In this document: positions 24,201-38,100 of the stretch, piece after piece | Numbering within the stretch: the first letter of the stretch is position 1 | Layout of the letters: each line of letters starts with the position of its first letter | Assembly: GCF_000281045.1 (NCBI RefSeq) | Contig: NW_008246082.1 | Coordinates: 723,374-786,374, forward strand | Direction: 5' to 3' | Origin: Saprolegnia diclina VS20 | Taxonomy: Eukaryota | Length of the DNA: 63,001 nt | Program-made: the position numbers and the translations under genes | Notes under the pieces: model-generated | The model's input: only the letters and a program-made list of their open reading frames with translations | Told to the model about the DNA's origin: nothing | Database searches by the model: none

Positions 24201-27200
24201 GGTCCTCACCGCCAAGTACCCACTCGACCCAGCTCAAGCCGACGTTTGCGCGATCCAAGTCGAGGCGACAAACCTCCTCGACGAGCTGGTCGCCGACCCC
24301 GAGTGCAACGAGGGCCCCAAGTGTTGTGAATGGTTGCGCCAAATGAGTCTCACATGCGTCAGGGCCAGTACAACCGTCAACGCCACCGCGCTGCAGTTCT
24401 CGACGGTCTCCGACACCGCCACGCGGTCTTGAAGGTGGCCGCGCGCTCCGGTCGCGCCACCGAGTTCGAAGTTTCTGCCGCTGGCGACGCGTACAAGGAA
24501 GCCAAGGCTGAGACACTCCAAGCCAACCTCGACAGTGGCTTCGACCGGCACCCAAACCTGAACAAGGTGGCCTCGTTCTTGTTTCTGCGCAATCCGCCGT
24601 CCCTCAAGGTGCCCATCAGGTCGGCCACGCGCGACGGCGTGACGACGTCCAACCCGACGACAGTGAACGACATTTTTACGGCGCACTGGTCGGCGATCAT
24701 GCGACTCCCGCCGGACGAGCCGCCGCCCGACCCAGTACACCAAGCCAACGTCATCGACTACGCGACGGCCGCGTTGACGGACGACGAGCGGACGACGCTC
24801 GACCGCCCGATCGAAGCAGAGGAACTCTCCTCGGCCATTCGCACGATGCAGAAGAACAAGTCGCCGGGTACCGACGGGTGGCCCGCCGCATTCTTCCAAG
24901 TCGCCCGGGCACGTTTGCGGCTATTCTGGTCCGGGTCTTCGAGTACCAACGGTCGAAGCGAGGTGTCCTCCTGGAGCACCAACGTCGCAGCAGCTCGGTC
25001 ACGTTCTTGTACAAGAAGGGCAACCGGTCGCTCCCTGGCAACTACCGGCCGATCGTGCTGATGCCGATCGAGGTCAATATTTTGTCCCGAGCATTGGCCC
25101 GTCGCCTCTCCTGCTCAAAGTCATGGAAATTATGCAAATTGGGCCCCAATTTCTCGGGTGGGTCAAGCTGCTGTACAAGGCGCCCGAGGTCCGGCTCCTC
25201 CTCAACGGCTCCCTCGGCCCGGCCATCCATCCGACGCGCGGCGTCAGGCAAGGTTGTCCGCTCTCGTGCCTGCTCTTCGACCTTTACCTCGAGCCACTCG
25301 GTGCAATGCTTCGCTCGCGGCCTGAGCTCGGTATCCCCATGCACGATGGTACTCGGATTACGGGCGTCTTCTTCGCCGACGACTCGATGCTGCTATCGGA
25401 TTCGCTCCAGTCGGCCGAGCGCCAGCTGGCGGACGTCGTTGGGCCATTCTGCGCTGCGTCCGGCGCTTTGCTCAACCAAGACAAGTGCGCCACGCTCGTG
25501 CTCAATGGCCACGCGCCCGTGCACCGCTCGAGCAACAAACGACGCTCTCCTTATCGGCGACGGGTGCGCCTGTCCGCTTCCTCGGCGCGTACGTTGGCCA
25601 CAACCTCGCGCCCGAGTACCAGGAGCAGCTCATCAGCGACAAGTCCATGTCGTCGTTCGCGCAGTGGCAGTACCGCGCGCGTACCGTCAAGGGCCGCCGG
25701 ATGCTGGTATCCGCGATGCTGCTCGGCCTTGTGTGGCACATGACGGCAATCACGCCGATCTCCGACAAGACGCTCGCGCGGTGGCAGAAGATGCTCAACC
25801 ACTACGTGACGGGCAACAATGCGAAACCCGACGACATGTACCGCGCGTCGATCTCACAGGATTGGTTCTTCGACCGCCGCGCGGGCCTCGGGATCCCGCA
25901 CATCGCGTCGGCCATACGCAGCCAGCGACTGCGCCTGCTGCAGCGGGTCATGGCTGAGGCCACGACCACGTCCCCGCCCGCGTGGGTCGTGCTGGTACTC
26001 GAGCAGTTTGGTGCGTGTATGAAGACGGCGTATCGCGACATGCACTCGTTTGACTTTCTCAGCTAAGCGCCCGAGCATGCCTCCTAGTGGCTTGACCTCA
26101 AAGCTCTGCACCTGATCTGGAAGAACGTTTGGGTCAAGTGGAAGCCGGTGCCCAAGAAACTCAAGATGCCCGTCGCGCCCGGCCTCGCGACGGCGCTCAG
26201 CACACCGCTCACACCCGACCTTGCAACGACGCTCAACATGCCGATGTGGCTCACTCGACATCCCGAGTTCTGCCACGGCGACAAGGAGACGGCGCCGGCG
26301 TCTCTCGTCTCGCAACGTGCCGAAGCCAGCGACTGGCTGCGCCTCGGCGCTCAAAATGGCTACCGATGTCTGCGCGACATTATCACCAAGATGGACACGG
26401 GCGGCGTCTGGCCCTCGTGGCGTCGCTTCTCTACATGCATGTCGACGACCCACGCCGGGCTTCGCGTTCAGTACGACGCGGAGATCGACTTGATCGCCGT
26501 GCGGCCGGCCGCTTACACGAAAGCCGTCTACGACCACCTCAGCACCGTGTATCGGAACGTGCTTGCACGCACGGGTACGCCACTGGATGCTGTGCTCCAC
26601 GACGTCGCCGTCGATCCGCACCCGTTCCGTGCCAAGGTCAAAAACGCGGTTGTCCCGTTCGAGCGTTTGCCACGTCATCTGATCAACCAGATGGCCTACC
26701 ACGCACCCTCCTCAACGAAGCCGACACCGACGTACAGTGCGCGACGACCGGACCGGACTGCCGCAGCCACCTACATGGGCCTCCTCCGCCGCTTGCTGCG
26801 CTGGTTGAGGCCGTGCACGCCGACGTGTGGTTCCGGGCGACGATGAACATGATGCCGGTCGCTGCTCGGTGCAACTACCCAGACGCTGCCCCACACCCGA
26901 TGACGTGCCCGCACGACTATGGTCGTATCGAGACCGTCGGGCACGCGCTCCGACTCTGTCCCAAACAGGCTCCGATGTGGGTCGAGCACCAGAAGGCCTG
27001 GACCTTCGTCGCCCGACCTAGTTGGGTAAGCTTATCATTTGGCAAGTGCTGTCCGGAAACATTCCGGATACAACCAAAAGGCATCTCGACGTCGTCGCCG
27101 GTATTCCGACGGTATGTGGCTGCGCTGAGTTCGATGCTACCACCGGAAGCGCTTCGTGCTTGATGTCCTGGTCCTCCCACGACCTCTGCCTGGAGGCGCA

Positions 27201-27230
27201 TCAACAAGGTACCGCCCGCCATGAACCTCG
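24200..27230 (+). mobile_element. Second related non-LTR retrotransposon, frameshifted, with reverse transcriptase
   Basis: KSPGTDGWPAAFF, GNYRPI, RGVRQGCPLSCLLFDLYLEPL, FADDS, FLGAYVG...WQYRARTVKGR, CPHDYGRIETVGHALRLCP. Confidence 0.85.
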
Positions 27231-28908
27231 CGTACAAGGTCGCCTCGGATCCGAGCTTTGCTCAAGGTATCTATGATCGAAACTTGTCGCCGTCGGTCCT
27301 TGGTTGCGGCGACCAAGGTCCACGGCGTAGACACGCGCTTGGCGCGATCTTCAGAGCGAAGCGCCCGTTCGTCTGGCGCGACCTTTGCACCACGCGTCTC
27401 ACAGAGCCATCACTAGGTGCCAATAACAAACTAGGTTCCGACTCTGCCGCAGCTCGTGGGTCTCCTCCAATACGCAGAAGAAGCACGTGCACGAGCACGA
27501 TGCGGCTAGATGCATTTACTCTTTATACGCCTTTCAAAGCTCTCGAGCACAACGCCGACTTGCACGACCAACAAGCTCCAGTCGACCGACGATCCACACG
27601 GCGCGCGCTGACGCGCAGCTCGTTTGCCACCGAGACGGTGCGGCTCGTTCTTCTCGACGAAATAACTCCTTTAGAGAGACTACTGCCCGGCACTGGAAGC
27701 CTTCGGGTTGTGCATGCTTGCGAGTTTGACGACGGCAGCACCCCGGACGTCATCGCTTTCGTGCGAAGAACCAGCATTTGCTGCTGGACCAACCGCAGCT
27801 CTCGTCGTTGGTCGACGTCCCACTCGAGTTCTCGTCTAGTAACCAAACGAACGACAGCGTGCAAAACGATACTGCAATGCATTTTTGGCAACACGACTAC
27901 TTCTCTACTGCGAGTTCGTGTTGATGTGGGACTCGCGCCATGGTTTTTCGCGGGTATTTTCGTTCCAATTATGACACCCGAGCACAGGAAATATTCATCC
28001 CGACGCAACTTCGTTGGACGACTTGCTTGGCAGTTGAGCGTGCACATGGCTCTCAGTTGCCACACGCTCGAACGTGATTAAACGAGCACTCTGGCCACAG
28101 ATGGAGCATCAATACTGGCGCCGTCGCCCGCCCATATCGAGCACAGACATAACTTCGCACACTTGAAAAGTTGTAGCAGGAGTGTTGTGAGTGTGCTGCT
28201 GTCGTGTCCACCGCGTCGGAAGGCTACCCCTACCCCCTACCTAACCCTATCGTCACGAGCACTTTGTAAATGCACGCTGCCGCGTACTCGTCGACATAAA
28301 CGACAATACAACGCGTAGCATCGCCACACAGCCCCACCGTTCGACGTGCTAACACCTGGCAACTTTACATATCACATTCCCTAGCCTTCGTCGTTGCTAG
28401 CACCACCGACAGACAACAGGACCAGCCCGCGCATGGGCAAGAAGCTCTAGATGCGACGACATGACGAAGCTCCAGCGCATCCATACCCTAGAGCCTCATC
28501 GTCCTCGACCTCTCCGACGTTTTCTGGCTCGTCGTTGGCCCAACCATCGCCACTGGATATATGTAGCGATCGCTGTGGGCCAAATGTAGACTGCCCGACA
28601 AAAGCATACTAATGTACTTTAGTGTCGCCCAAGCAGAGATCGAACACGACAAACCGACTTGGAGGCGTATATATGCATGGTAGCTGTCCGTGTTGACCGT
28701 CTCGGTCGAACTCTGTCCAATTTCCAACATGGAACTCGCCCATAGCCTCGACACCACTTTGAGTTGAGTGCCACGTCGATTCGAATGCTCGGCACATAAG
28801 ACGCAGCTCCGTACCTAGAGTACCGAGAGACAGCCGTCTCGCCGACGTATGAGCTGCTAGACTAATGCAAAAGGACATGCCAAATTTATTGGGCGGTCAA
28901 ACTACAAC

Positions 28909-29936
28909 TTATATTATGGTAAATCGCCGACGCTTCTTGGGCTCGCAGTCATCGTTGTCGCTCGTGAGATCGATTACCTCCTGGCGCTTGTGATCGGTTG
29001 CGTTTGGTTCAATTGGTTTTGCGCGCTGGGTCGTGGTGGCGCTGTCTTTGAGTTGGACCCGGCAGATGCTGCGGATCGACGTGCTCCGGATAAATCGGAG
29101 CGTCGACAGCGCCTTCCATTTGCCGTCTTCGTAAAAACTGCGGTTGAACTTGCCATTGTTCTCTTCGCGGACGCGCACAGCCATGAGGTGCTGGTGGAAG
29201 CCCGGGTCTTCGAACGTCACGAAATGGTACGCGCCGGGCGTCTCGCATGTTGTGATGATATCGTTTTGTTTGTCGTCGCGCACGCGGTCCTTCAAGAGGC
29301 TCTTGCCGTAGACGTGTCGGTCGATATCAAAGCCACGGTTGCGCAAGAAATCCAAAAAGCAGAAAACGACTTGTCCGGCACGCCCTTGCCGGGCTCGAGC
29401 TTCTCATGCTTGACGAGAAAGTCGTCGATGAGTTTGGGCGTGATCGTTCGGTCGTGCCGGCCCTTGAGCTGGTGGAATGTCGCGATGAGAGCGTCCCGGA
29501 CGCAAGTGCCAGTCGCGTTGGCGCCTTTTGTACCGGGGTTGATGTCTGGCACATCGCGCTTTCTTGCTCTCTTGCGACGAGATGTGGCCGTACCTACAGG
29601 CGCGACTGCCCCAAGAGCCGACGAGCCTGCGCCGGAAGCGGCGGGCGACGCGGGGACAGCGGGCTCGGGAGAGGCGGGCTCGAGGACGGTGCCGATAGCC
29701 GCAACGGCCGCAAGAGCCGACGAGCCAGCGGGCTCGGGAGCGACGGGCTCGAGGACGGCTTCAGCCTCGACCGCCATGGCATCCGCCACAAGGCCGATCA
29801 ACCCTGTCGCTGGGCCGTCTGTCTGCTGGTTCGTTTTCTAGGACTTGTGACGCCCGCGCCGCTTCCTCACGGGCATCTTGCGCATGGCATCGGGCACTTG
29901 GACCTGGGCTTCCACTTGGGCACCGGCGCTGGCCAT
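28909..29936 (-). pseudogene. Disrupted ORF with a possible papain-like Cys-His-Asp module
   Basis: MASAGAQ start, stop near 29838, frameshift near 29355. Motifs GTCVRDAL, HLMAVRV and FYED. Confidence 0.35.
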
Positions 29937-30165
29937 TTGGAATTGATGATGCTACCATGAACACTATCTATCGACAGATTCAAATAAATAGTGTACATCC
30001 GATGTGCGATCGCCGACACACCGATGCTGGGTTGCTACCGGGTCCATAACTGCCACGAAGCACGGACACTACGAGATAGATCACATTGTGTATGGCAAGT
30101 GAGGTTGAAAGCTCAAACTACGACGGGAAAGTGAACACTGTATTTTGAACACTACTACACTATTA

Positions 30166-30412
30166 CAGACCAAATCTTGCCCCGACCAGCCGGTTTTTCT
30201 CAAAACATGAGTATAGACTGCATAGGGCAACACAGTGGTAGTGTATGTTGACTGGCCACAGCAAAGCCCTGGTAAAATAGTGTTCTATGTTGATAAATGG
30301 TGTTGAGCGGCCCCGACACATTATTCGACACCATTTATCCCCGTATAACACTATTGGCCACGTACATACCTCACTCATGAGAAACTGGACTGGCCCTCTC
30401 AAGATTTGTGTG
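30166..30412. mobile_element. Degenerate foldback element or MITE
   Basis: Nested inverted matches: caaatcttg/caagatttg, tttctca/tgagaaa, catgagt/actcatg, gtatgt/acatac, aatagtgtt/aacactatt, gataaatggtgttga/tcgacaccatttatc. Confidence 0.6.
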
Positions 30413-31352
30413 ACCGCAAAGTGGCGCCGCTGAGCCGCGGCCGGGGAGCCGCGAACGATGCGAGCGCCGCAGCAAGCGTGTGGATCTGTACAATGTATAT
30501 GATCCGCATTTGTTGTGCCATGTACTCTCCGGCACCCGAGTTGCTTGGCTCCGGCGCCGATTGCAGTCGCACAAGCATCGAAGATGCCCGCAGCCACGGT
30601 GTTTGTTCTCTGGTGCAATGAATTGTGGTTTCTTCTCACTGCGCCCTCTCATAGACGCACCACAGAGACCGAGTGCCAGACGGCAACGTGCATCTTCAAC
30701 ACCAAAGACACGTCGGCACGACTACGACGTTCAAGCTGATTGCGTTTTTGCTCAACGACCCAGCGTGGAAGTGCCGCCGCGCGCAACGTCGATGCCGGGT
30801 ACGGTGTGCCCTGGGAGCACTCTTCCTGAGCAAATCCGCGCTCTTGGTGCGCTGTCGATCTCGACGATTTTGGTCTTGGCAACGACGAGAGCGCAGCTGC
30901 TGTCGAGGTCGTGACACAGCGCAGTTCTCCCAGAAGTCCGTCCCGCCAGTCAACGTTCCGACGAGCTGGCACGAGGTGCGAAGGATTGCTTGCGATGGAC
31001 ACGAATAAGAGTTCGTGTACTAAATCTGTCGCTACAATCTACTAGCCCCGCCACAACAAGCGCAACTAATTGGCTGCAATTACACTCCATCCGTAGGTCG
31101 TCGGCACGCACGGTATGTCGTCGCTCCCGTGTCGCGAAAGTGGACTGCATAAAATGATGCGTAGGACGGTCCTGGTCAAGCAAAGATTGTTGACGGGCAC
31201 ACCCCGCATCGTTTGTGAGGCGTATGCTCATCTGGGTCGTTGTGCTCGTGGCCTCTATTCGCTGGGGGGTCGAGCCATGAAGCACCAAACCAGCGACGCG
31301 AGGCTTCGTTCGTTCGCGCCGCCGCTTCGATACCGTGTCGATCGACCAAGTC

Positions 31353-32371
31353 CTTACCGTGCTTGTAGATGCGCCATCAAGATCATCCAGCCCATCGGAC
31401 GCTCGACGGCGACCTCGACCTCGGTTTGCAGGCACTCATGCGGCGAGCGTAGGCACAAGTCTCGGGCAGTGTTGTTTGTTGCAAAGCGATCAACACGGGC
31501 GCGCAAAGGAGATCTCGAAGGACTCGTATTCGTCCCGCCAAACCGACGCTAACCTCTGCCTCGCGTGCGTGTTTCCTCCTCCTCACAGTAATGAGATTCT
31601 CATGTCTTTCTATAGACAGAAAATATGGACACGAGCTCGTCGTCATCATGGACCTGCTCTTCGATCGTTCTAGGGTGTTCTCTGTCCTCGGCTAAAACTC
31701 CGCGGCGCAACGCAGCGAGCCGATCCAGGTGCGTCCATGCTGCCATCAACGTGATGGAGCTAACATCGCGTGCAGATGCGGTGCTCGGTTCTCAAAGACG
31801 ACGGGTGAAAGTACCCGCTTGTCTCGAGCAAAGGCACCTTGCAGCACGACGAGATCGTTTGCTTGTTGCCGCGACCGTCGACGCCGGCAAAACGCGTGGC
31901 CGCTCATCGTCCTACTACCGAACTAGCGGCTCTTCCTCCCACCACACTACTTGATTATCTCCTGGATTAGGCGATCGCCGTCAAGCTGCTGGCCAAGCCC
32001 ATCATGTTTGATCGCGTCAAGGCCGAGGACAAGTGCCAGACGACCACATTTCTCCAGGGCGGTGTGTCCCGCCTTGTGCGCAACTGGCTTGGGCCTCGTC
32101 CATCCAACGCATGCGTCTTCGACATGGGCTTGGACGCTTGCACACGATGGGCTGGATGTTGGAGCTATTCGCGTCCGACGCCGAGCGCAAATACGAGCCA
32201 TATTCGGTGGGGTGAAGTTGTGACAAGGGGCAGAGCGCATGCACGCAAAAGTGGATTCATGCTATCCTGTTTTGGTGCATGCTTCCAGTTTATTATACGC
32301 TTCTGATGTGTGTTATTTTGCATATTGGTCGGTTGCCAAGCAGTACGATGGGGGACTTACATGAGCAACGG
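31353..32371 (+). repeat. About 1 kb near-identical direct duplication, copy 1
   Basis: Matches 45607-46625 with only a handful of substitutions. Ends at a gap. Confidence 0.95.
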
Positions 32372-32471
32372 NNNNNNNNNNNNNNNNNNNNNNNNNNNNN
32401 NNNNNNNNNNNNNNNNNNNNNNNNNNNNNNNNNNNNNNNNNNNNNNNNNNNNNNNNNNNNNNNNNNNNNNN

Positions 32472-33493
32472 GAGCTAGAGCGGCTGCGCGCGCTCATCGA
32501 GGAGGCCGCCGACCAGCGCGATGAGCTCCAACAGACCAATGCCACGTACGCGGTATGCAGCTTGGGCGCGGCCAAGACGCTTTTCATATAGGCTTCAGCG
32601 CAAGATTGCGCCACTGCTCCAGAAGAAGCAAGATTCGGAGAAGAAGGAGGACCGATTGAGCGTCGTCGAGAACGAGAAGCGGTATTACGACTGCCTCAAC
32701 AGCGTGCACGAGGCGCGAGTGCAGCTCGCGACCGCCCAGACGCAGTACGACCGCATCGCGATGGAGCTCCAGGTACCGCGGCTAGCGCTGCAACTGCCTC
32801 AAACATCAACAAAAGGCGCGACTCGACGAAAAAGAGTGCAAAGCCAACGAGATCCACGAGTCTTTCATGGAGTTCAAGCGCGAGGTGGCCCGTAGCGCCG
32901 AGAACACGCGCACCGGCAAGCCGATTCCGAAGCGCATCATTGCGCAGTTCGAAGTCGCCGAGGTCAAGAAGGACCAAGAGGTCGAGAAGGTCCGGCTTAA
33001 GAACATCAATCTGCGCACGCACTTGCGCAAGCTCGAGGCGCAGCTGCATGCGAAGGAGCAGCTCGCCGAAGGGCTGCACCTCATCGACTTTGAGCAGCTC
33101 AAGATTGAAAACCAAACGCTCAACGAAAAGATCGAAGAGCGCAACGAAGAGCTGCACAAGCTCCGGAAGAAGACGACGACGACGGTTCAAGTGCTCACGC
33201 ACATCAAGGAGAAGCTGCAGTTTGTGCTCGTCGAGAACCAAGCGCTCAAGCACGACCTCTCGGAGCTCGACGAAGAGCTCACCGAGTCGCGCGATGTTCT
33301 CACCAAACACAAGAAGGACCGCGACGCGCTGCGCCACACGCAGGCAAAGATGAAGCACCAGCAAGGCTTTGCCAACTCGCATTTGCTCATGGCCGACTAC
33401 GAGAAGCGCAAGGTCGACATCGAGGACTACCAGGGCCGCCTCGAGCAGCTCAAGCAGCGTCTTGCGTATCTCAACAAGAAGAAAGCTTCGTAA
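32472..33493 (+). CDS. CCDC96: Coiled-coil ciliary protein CCDC96/CFAP184 (DUF4201), 5' part in gap
   Basis: VRLKNINLR, KEQLAEGLHLIDFEQLKIENQTLNEKIEERNEELHKLRKK, VQVLTHIKEKL. Confidence 0.88.
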
Positions 33494-33629
33494 GCACTTA
33501 GGAAAATCGCGGAACTGGCAGGCTGCAAAAGCGCGGCTCAGTGTTGGCCTCGAGCGAGAACCCGCGGTTGCGCGCCGACACGTTCTCCTTGTCGTCCTTG
33601 CGCCTACGTAACGACATGACATCGGCGCG

Positions 33630-34904
33630 TCACGCGAACGTTTGGTACCCGTCGCGCGGCGTAAAGCTCAGCAGCGTCGACGCGGCCATGAGCGACGTGT
33701 GTGTCGGCGACGTCGCGCCGCGCGCGTCGAGCTCAGTCTGGAACGGTAGCGGTCGGAGCGTTGGCGGGCGGCGGAGGTGCGCGGACTTGAGAAGCTGCTC
33801 CTCGAGGCGAGCGACCCGCGCTGTGAGCTCGGATTCGCGCGCTCTCGACTCGGCAAGCTCCTTGCCCAGCTGTTCGTTGCGCAAAATGAGGTACAAAGGC
33901 GAGACCTCGAGCATTGGCAATGGGCGATGGTGATGTGTTGGTGGAAAAACCAGCGGCGGCGAGAACGGCGGGCTCCTGTCGGCCGTGGACGTCGCGTCCG
34001 AGTCGGTCGGCTCGAGGAGGCGGATGCGCGGGTAGACGTCGTGGCGATGGCGCTTGGCCGGCGGGCCCTCGTCGCTGCGCGCGAGGTGGGTCGGGCACGG
34101 ACCGCACCAGATGAAAGTGATGTGCTTTCGCCGCGTCTCGGGCTTGATGACGAGGATCTTCTTGATGAGGTTGAGCGAGCAAAGCACGTTGGCAATGTCG
34201 TAGATGCGACGCGTTGGCGCTACACGAGCCGTGACCACTCGACAGGACGTCGCGAGTGGCAGCCTACACACGGGGTGCTCGTCGCCGCATGCTGCAATGT
34301 CGGCGGTCACGACATGCATGATGTCTTCGAGCACGACGGGCTCCGGTCGTTCCTACACATACAATCGATTTCGCATATCCATGACAAAGATGGGATTGTA
34401 CCTGGTGCAGAAACACTTGAAGGAAGCGCTCGCTGAGCGCCGTTGCGACGGCTTTCCTCGCGACGGGCGCTTCGTCGGGCGAAGGATGCTGTGGCGCATG
34501 AGATAGATGTACGACACGGTTTGGTTGCAAGTACCTTGAGGCGCTGCAGCGTCGCGAGCATGGCCTCGTCGCCGAGCCAGCGGCAGAGGCCGATGCCGAC
34601 CTTGGCGATGAGCCCGACGCTTTGGATGATGTTCAAGATCTCGTGCAGCCGGCGCTTCTGTGTACCTACGCACTAGCGTCGTCGCAAGGCCTAAAGGCGT
34701 GGACGGCCACCTAGTGATTTGGCCGCGTGCACTATGTTGACGGCGTCCGGTGCGCTACGGAGCATATCACAGAACCTACAGCGCCATGAGCCCACGGCCT
34801 CGACGAGGCGGTACGTACTTGACGCTGAGAACTGTGATGGACTTGTCCATGCGCTGGAGGTTCGTGTTGCGCGCCGAGCGCTCCTTTGCCGGCGCCAGCA
34901 GCAT
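33630..34904 (-). CDS. Atypical E2F (E2F7/8, DEL type) with two winged-helix DNA-binding domains
   Basis: KSITVLSVK|FC...AAKSLG|TQKRRLHEILNIIQSVGLIAK...RWLG, and LSERFLQVF...TRRIYDIANVLCSLNLIKK...FIWCG. Confidence 0.8.
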
Positions 34905-35165
34905 CCTCTTCGCTGCTTCGTGGGCCTTTCCCGGAAGATCGCAAAAGCCGCACTAGTTTTTTTGTCCAACGTCTTGACGTTTGTATGCAGGATTGAAATG
35001 TGAAAAAAAAACACAAAAATGGAACCCGGTTGTCAGCTGCAGAGATGATTCTAGTCGACTAACTAAACGATTGCGTCGTACGGGACCAGCATGCCGCCAC
35101 GTCATGCCATTGGCTCCCTTTCCGGTTACGTTGGAGGTGGTTACGCGTCGATTCTTGTCGGTCGG

Positions 35166-38100
35166 ATGGACCTCATGATGCGGCTCAAGGGCCATGCCTT
35201 CAAGGCCATCTCGGACGAGTTCAAGGTGCGCGAGGCGACGCTCGGTGGCGATGGTCTCCCGCTGCAGGACTTTGTCGAGATCATGCTCCGCGCGCTGCCC
35301 AAGCCCAAGCACGCGCAGGAGAAAACCGAGACGATCGCGGGCCTCGTCGACCTCTTCAATGACATTGACGTCAACGGCGATGGCACGCTCGAGTTCAACG
35401 AGTTTACGTCCTACTGCGTCGACGCCGGCATGGTCGCGACGCGCGTCAAGGTCGCGCCGCTTAAGTACCAGTACATCAAGAACCGGTCGTTCGTGGATCG
35501 CACAACGCAGGGCGCGTCAATCGAGAAGCTCAAATGGTGCGCGGACCTCAAGCGCGCGCTCGCTGTCGAGGCGAGCTCGAGCTGCGTCAAGGTCTACGCC
35601 GCCGACTTTCTCAAGGTCACTGAAGTGCACCCGAGCAGCCCGCCACTGGCCGTACTCCCGTCCATGGTGGTGCCAGGATCAGGCCCGGGGTGTACGTCGC
35701 ATGCTGGGAGCGACATGGACCCGAGCAGCAGCCTCGGGAGTCTTCTTGGCGCCAAGAGTACGAGCCACGCCAATGGCTCCGGGAACCACGCGGACGCACT
35801 CGTGCTGGACGCTGAGTTTTTGGCGCAGCTGCGACTCCTCGCAGTCTCGTCGTCCAACTTTGTGCTCTCGTTTTACGACACAGACCACTACGAGTACGTC
35901 ATGGAGAACCAGACGACGGTCGCGCAGACGCTCCTGCGGTGGTGCGAGCCGGCGCGACTTCTCTTCTCGACAGGCAACAACAAGGTGCTCAACGCGTGGA
36001 GCGTGGCGCGCGGGCGCATCTCGCTCGTCAAGCAGCTCTACCACCACACCGACGTCGTCTCCGATGTCCTCGCGGTGCCGCAGTACGACCTCGTCGTGTC
36101 GTGCGACCTCAAGCGGTACATTTACCTCTGGGACATTCAAGACTGCCGGCCGCGCGGCAGCCTCGTGGGCCACACGCACGGCGTGCGCCAAATGGTATTT
36201 TCGCCCATGAACGACCTCTTGGTGACCGCAGGCTTTGAGTTTGACGCGTACGGCTGGGACATTTCGTCCAAACAACGCATCATGACGCTGTCCGGGCACC
36301 GCGCGTCGCTCGTCGGCGTCCAGCTTGCCCGGTTCCACACGGAGCGCGCCGTGACCGCCGACATTACCGGTCTCTTCAAGATCTGGAACATCCACCGCCT
36401 CAATGGCGCCCAGGCGCAGCTGCTCGAAAGCATTGCGCCGGCATCGACGATCGCGCATTTCAACCCGCGTTCGTTCATTGCGCTCTCGCCCAAGCGCGAC
36501 ATTGTCGCCGCCAGCTGCGTCTTGCACATATTCGAGAGCGTCAAAATCCAAAAGCACGACGAGATCCCGCTCCGCGCGTTCTTCCAGCACAGCAGCAACC
36601 AGTTCTTAGGCCTGACCGAGACGAGCGTCAACCTCTGGGACGGCAACACGGGTCTCCTCCTCGAAGAATTCACAGGTTCGTGCACATGCCCTTCGGTTGG
36701 TTTCATGCGGGGTAGGGTTGACGCAGAGCAGTTTTGTGCTGTGCTGCCAAGACGCACTCCATCGCAAACTCGTGGTTGCCACCGACGACGGCGCCGTTGA
36801 AGTCTACAACTGCACCAACCTCGCGCGCGTTCGCCGGTCCAACAGCGCAATTGGTGCGTCCATTCACTTCTTCTCGACGCGCCGACGTGTCCATCGTAGG
36901 GCGCATTGGGTCGTTGCATTACGACTCAAAGAACAAGCTGATCATCGCCACCACGGGGGCGTCGTCGCCCACGGACGCGGGGGGTATCTTTATCTTTGAC
37001 GATGGTACGGTCGGCGAGTGTGTTCTCTTGCGGTCCCTCGCCAACGTCGAGGTGACAGCCAGCGCATTCAGCGTGAACGCGTCGCTCTTGGCAACTGTTG
37101 CTGGCGACCACAGCATTCGCTGCTGGGACTTCGAGACGCTCCAGCTGCAGATCGTGTGCCGAACCGAGACCGGCGACATCCACGTCGTGGCGTTTCTAGA
37201 CCCTTATCCCGTGCTCGTGGCCGCTGACGGCGTTGGCAACGTCTTCTTCTTCGCCACGTCGCCGCAGTATACGTGCAATACGGGTGGCTGCCTCCACGCC
37301 TTTGTCAATACGGGCCCGAGCGCCGACGGAACCGGTCCTTTTGTCGCTATTCCTACGACACGTTAGGCACTCTGTTCGTAGACCATCCAGTGGTTGTGAC
37401 GACGCTCACGTGTCTGTACCACGAAGACGAAGCCAAGCACGTGCTCGTTACGGGCGACGATGAAGGCCGCGTCGCCGTGTGGGATCTCTCGGTCATGCTC
37501 CGGCGGCTGCGATTGCAGGTGCATCCATGCAGCCCCTGCGAAAAGCTCATCGCTTTCAACTAGGCTATTCCGGACGACAAACTCAAGAGCAAGCGCCGGG
37601 GGTACAACGCCCACAGCACATTTTCTCGCACGTTTGACGCCGATCGCGTCGGCGAGAACGCGCGACGCCACACAACGCGGCTGCCCGACGACGTCCTGCG
37701 ACGCGTCGCGCCCAAGCGGGACGGCACCCCCGACGGCAATATTCGCGCGCGGGAACACCACCACGGTGGCACGATTCGCACAGGAGTTTACGTCGTGGCG
37801 CATGGCCCCTATTGGTGCAGACAACATTTATTGTCACTGGACCCTAACCCTTTGGTGTAGGGACGTCAAGGACGTGACCCGACTTGCGTCATGGGTCGCG
37901 CACGCCGACAGTATCAGCGGCATCGAGTAGGAATATGCCACCGAGATGTATCGCTAGAACAACAACATGTCATTAGAGTCAACGACCGACCCAACGTGCT
38001 TATCAGCTGCGCGTTCGACGCGCGCATGTACGTGTGGGACTGGCGCGGGACGTGCCTCGGGTGCCTTACGACCAACGAAGACGTGATGCGGTCGATGCCG

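Noticed and set aside
28224..28250. Telomere-like ccctacccc/cctaaccct tract
   Set aside because: Too short and irregular to call an interstitial telomere.
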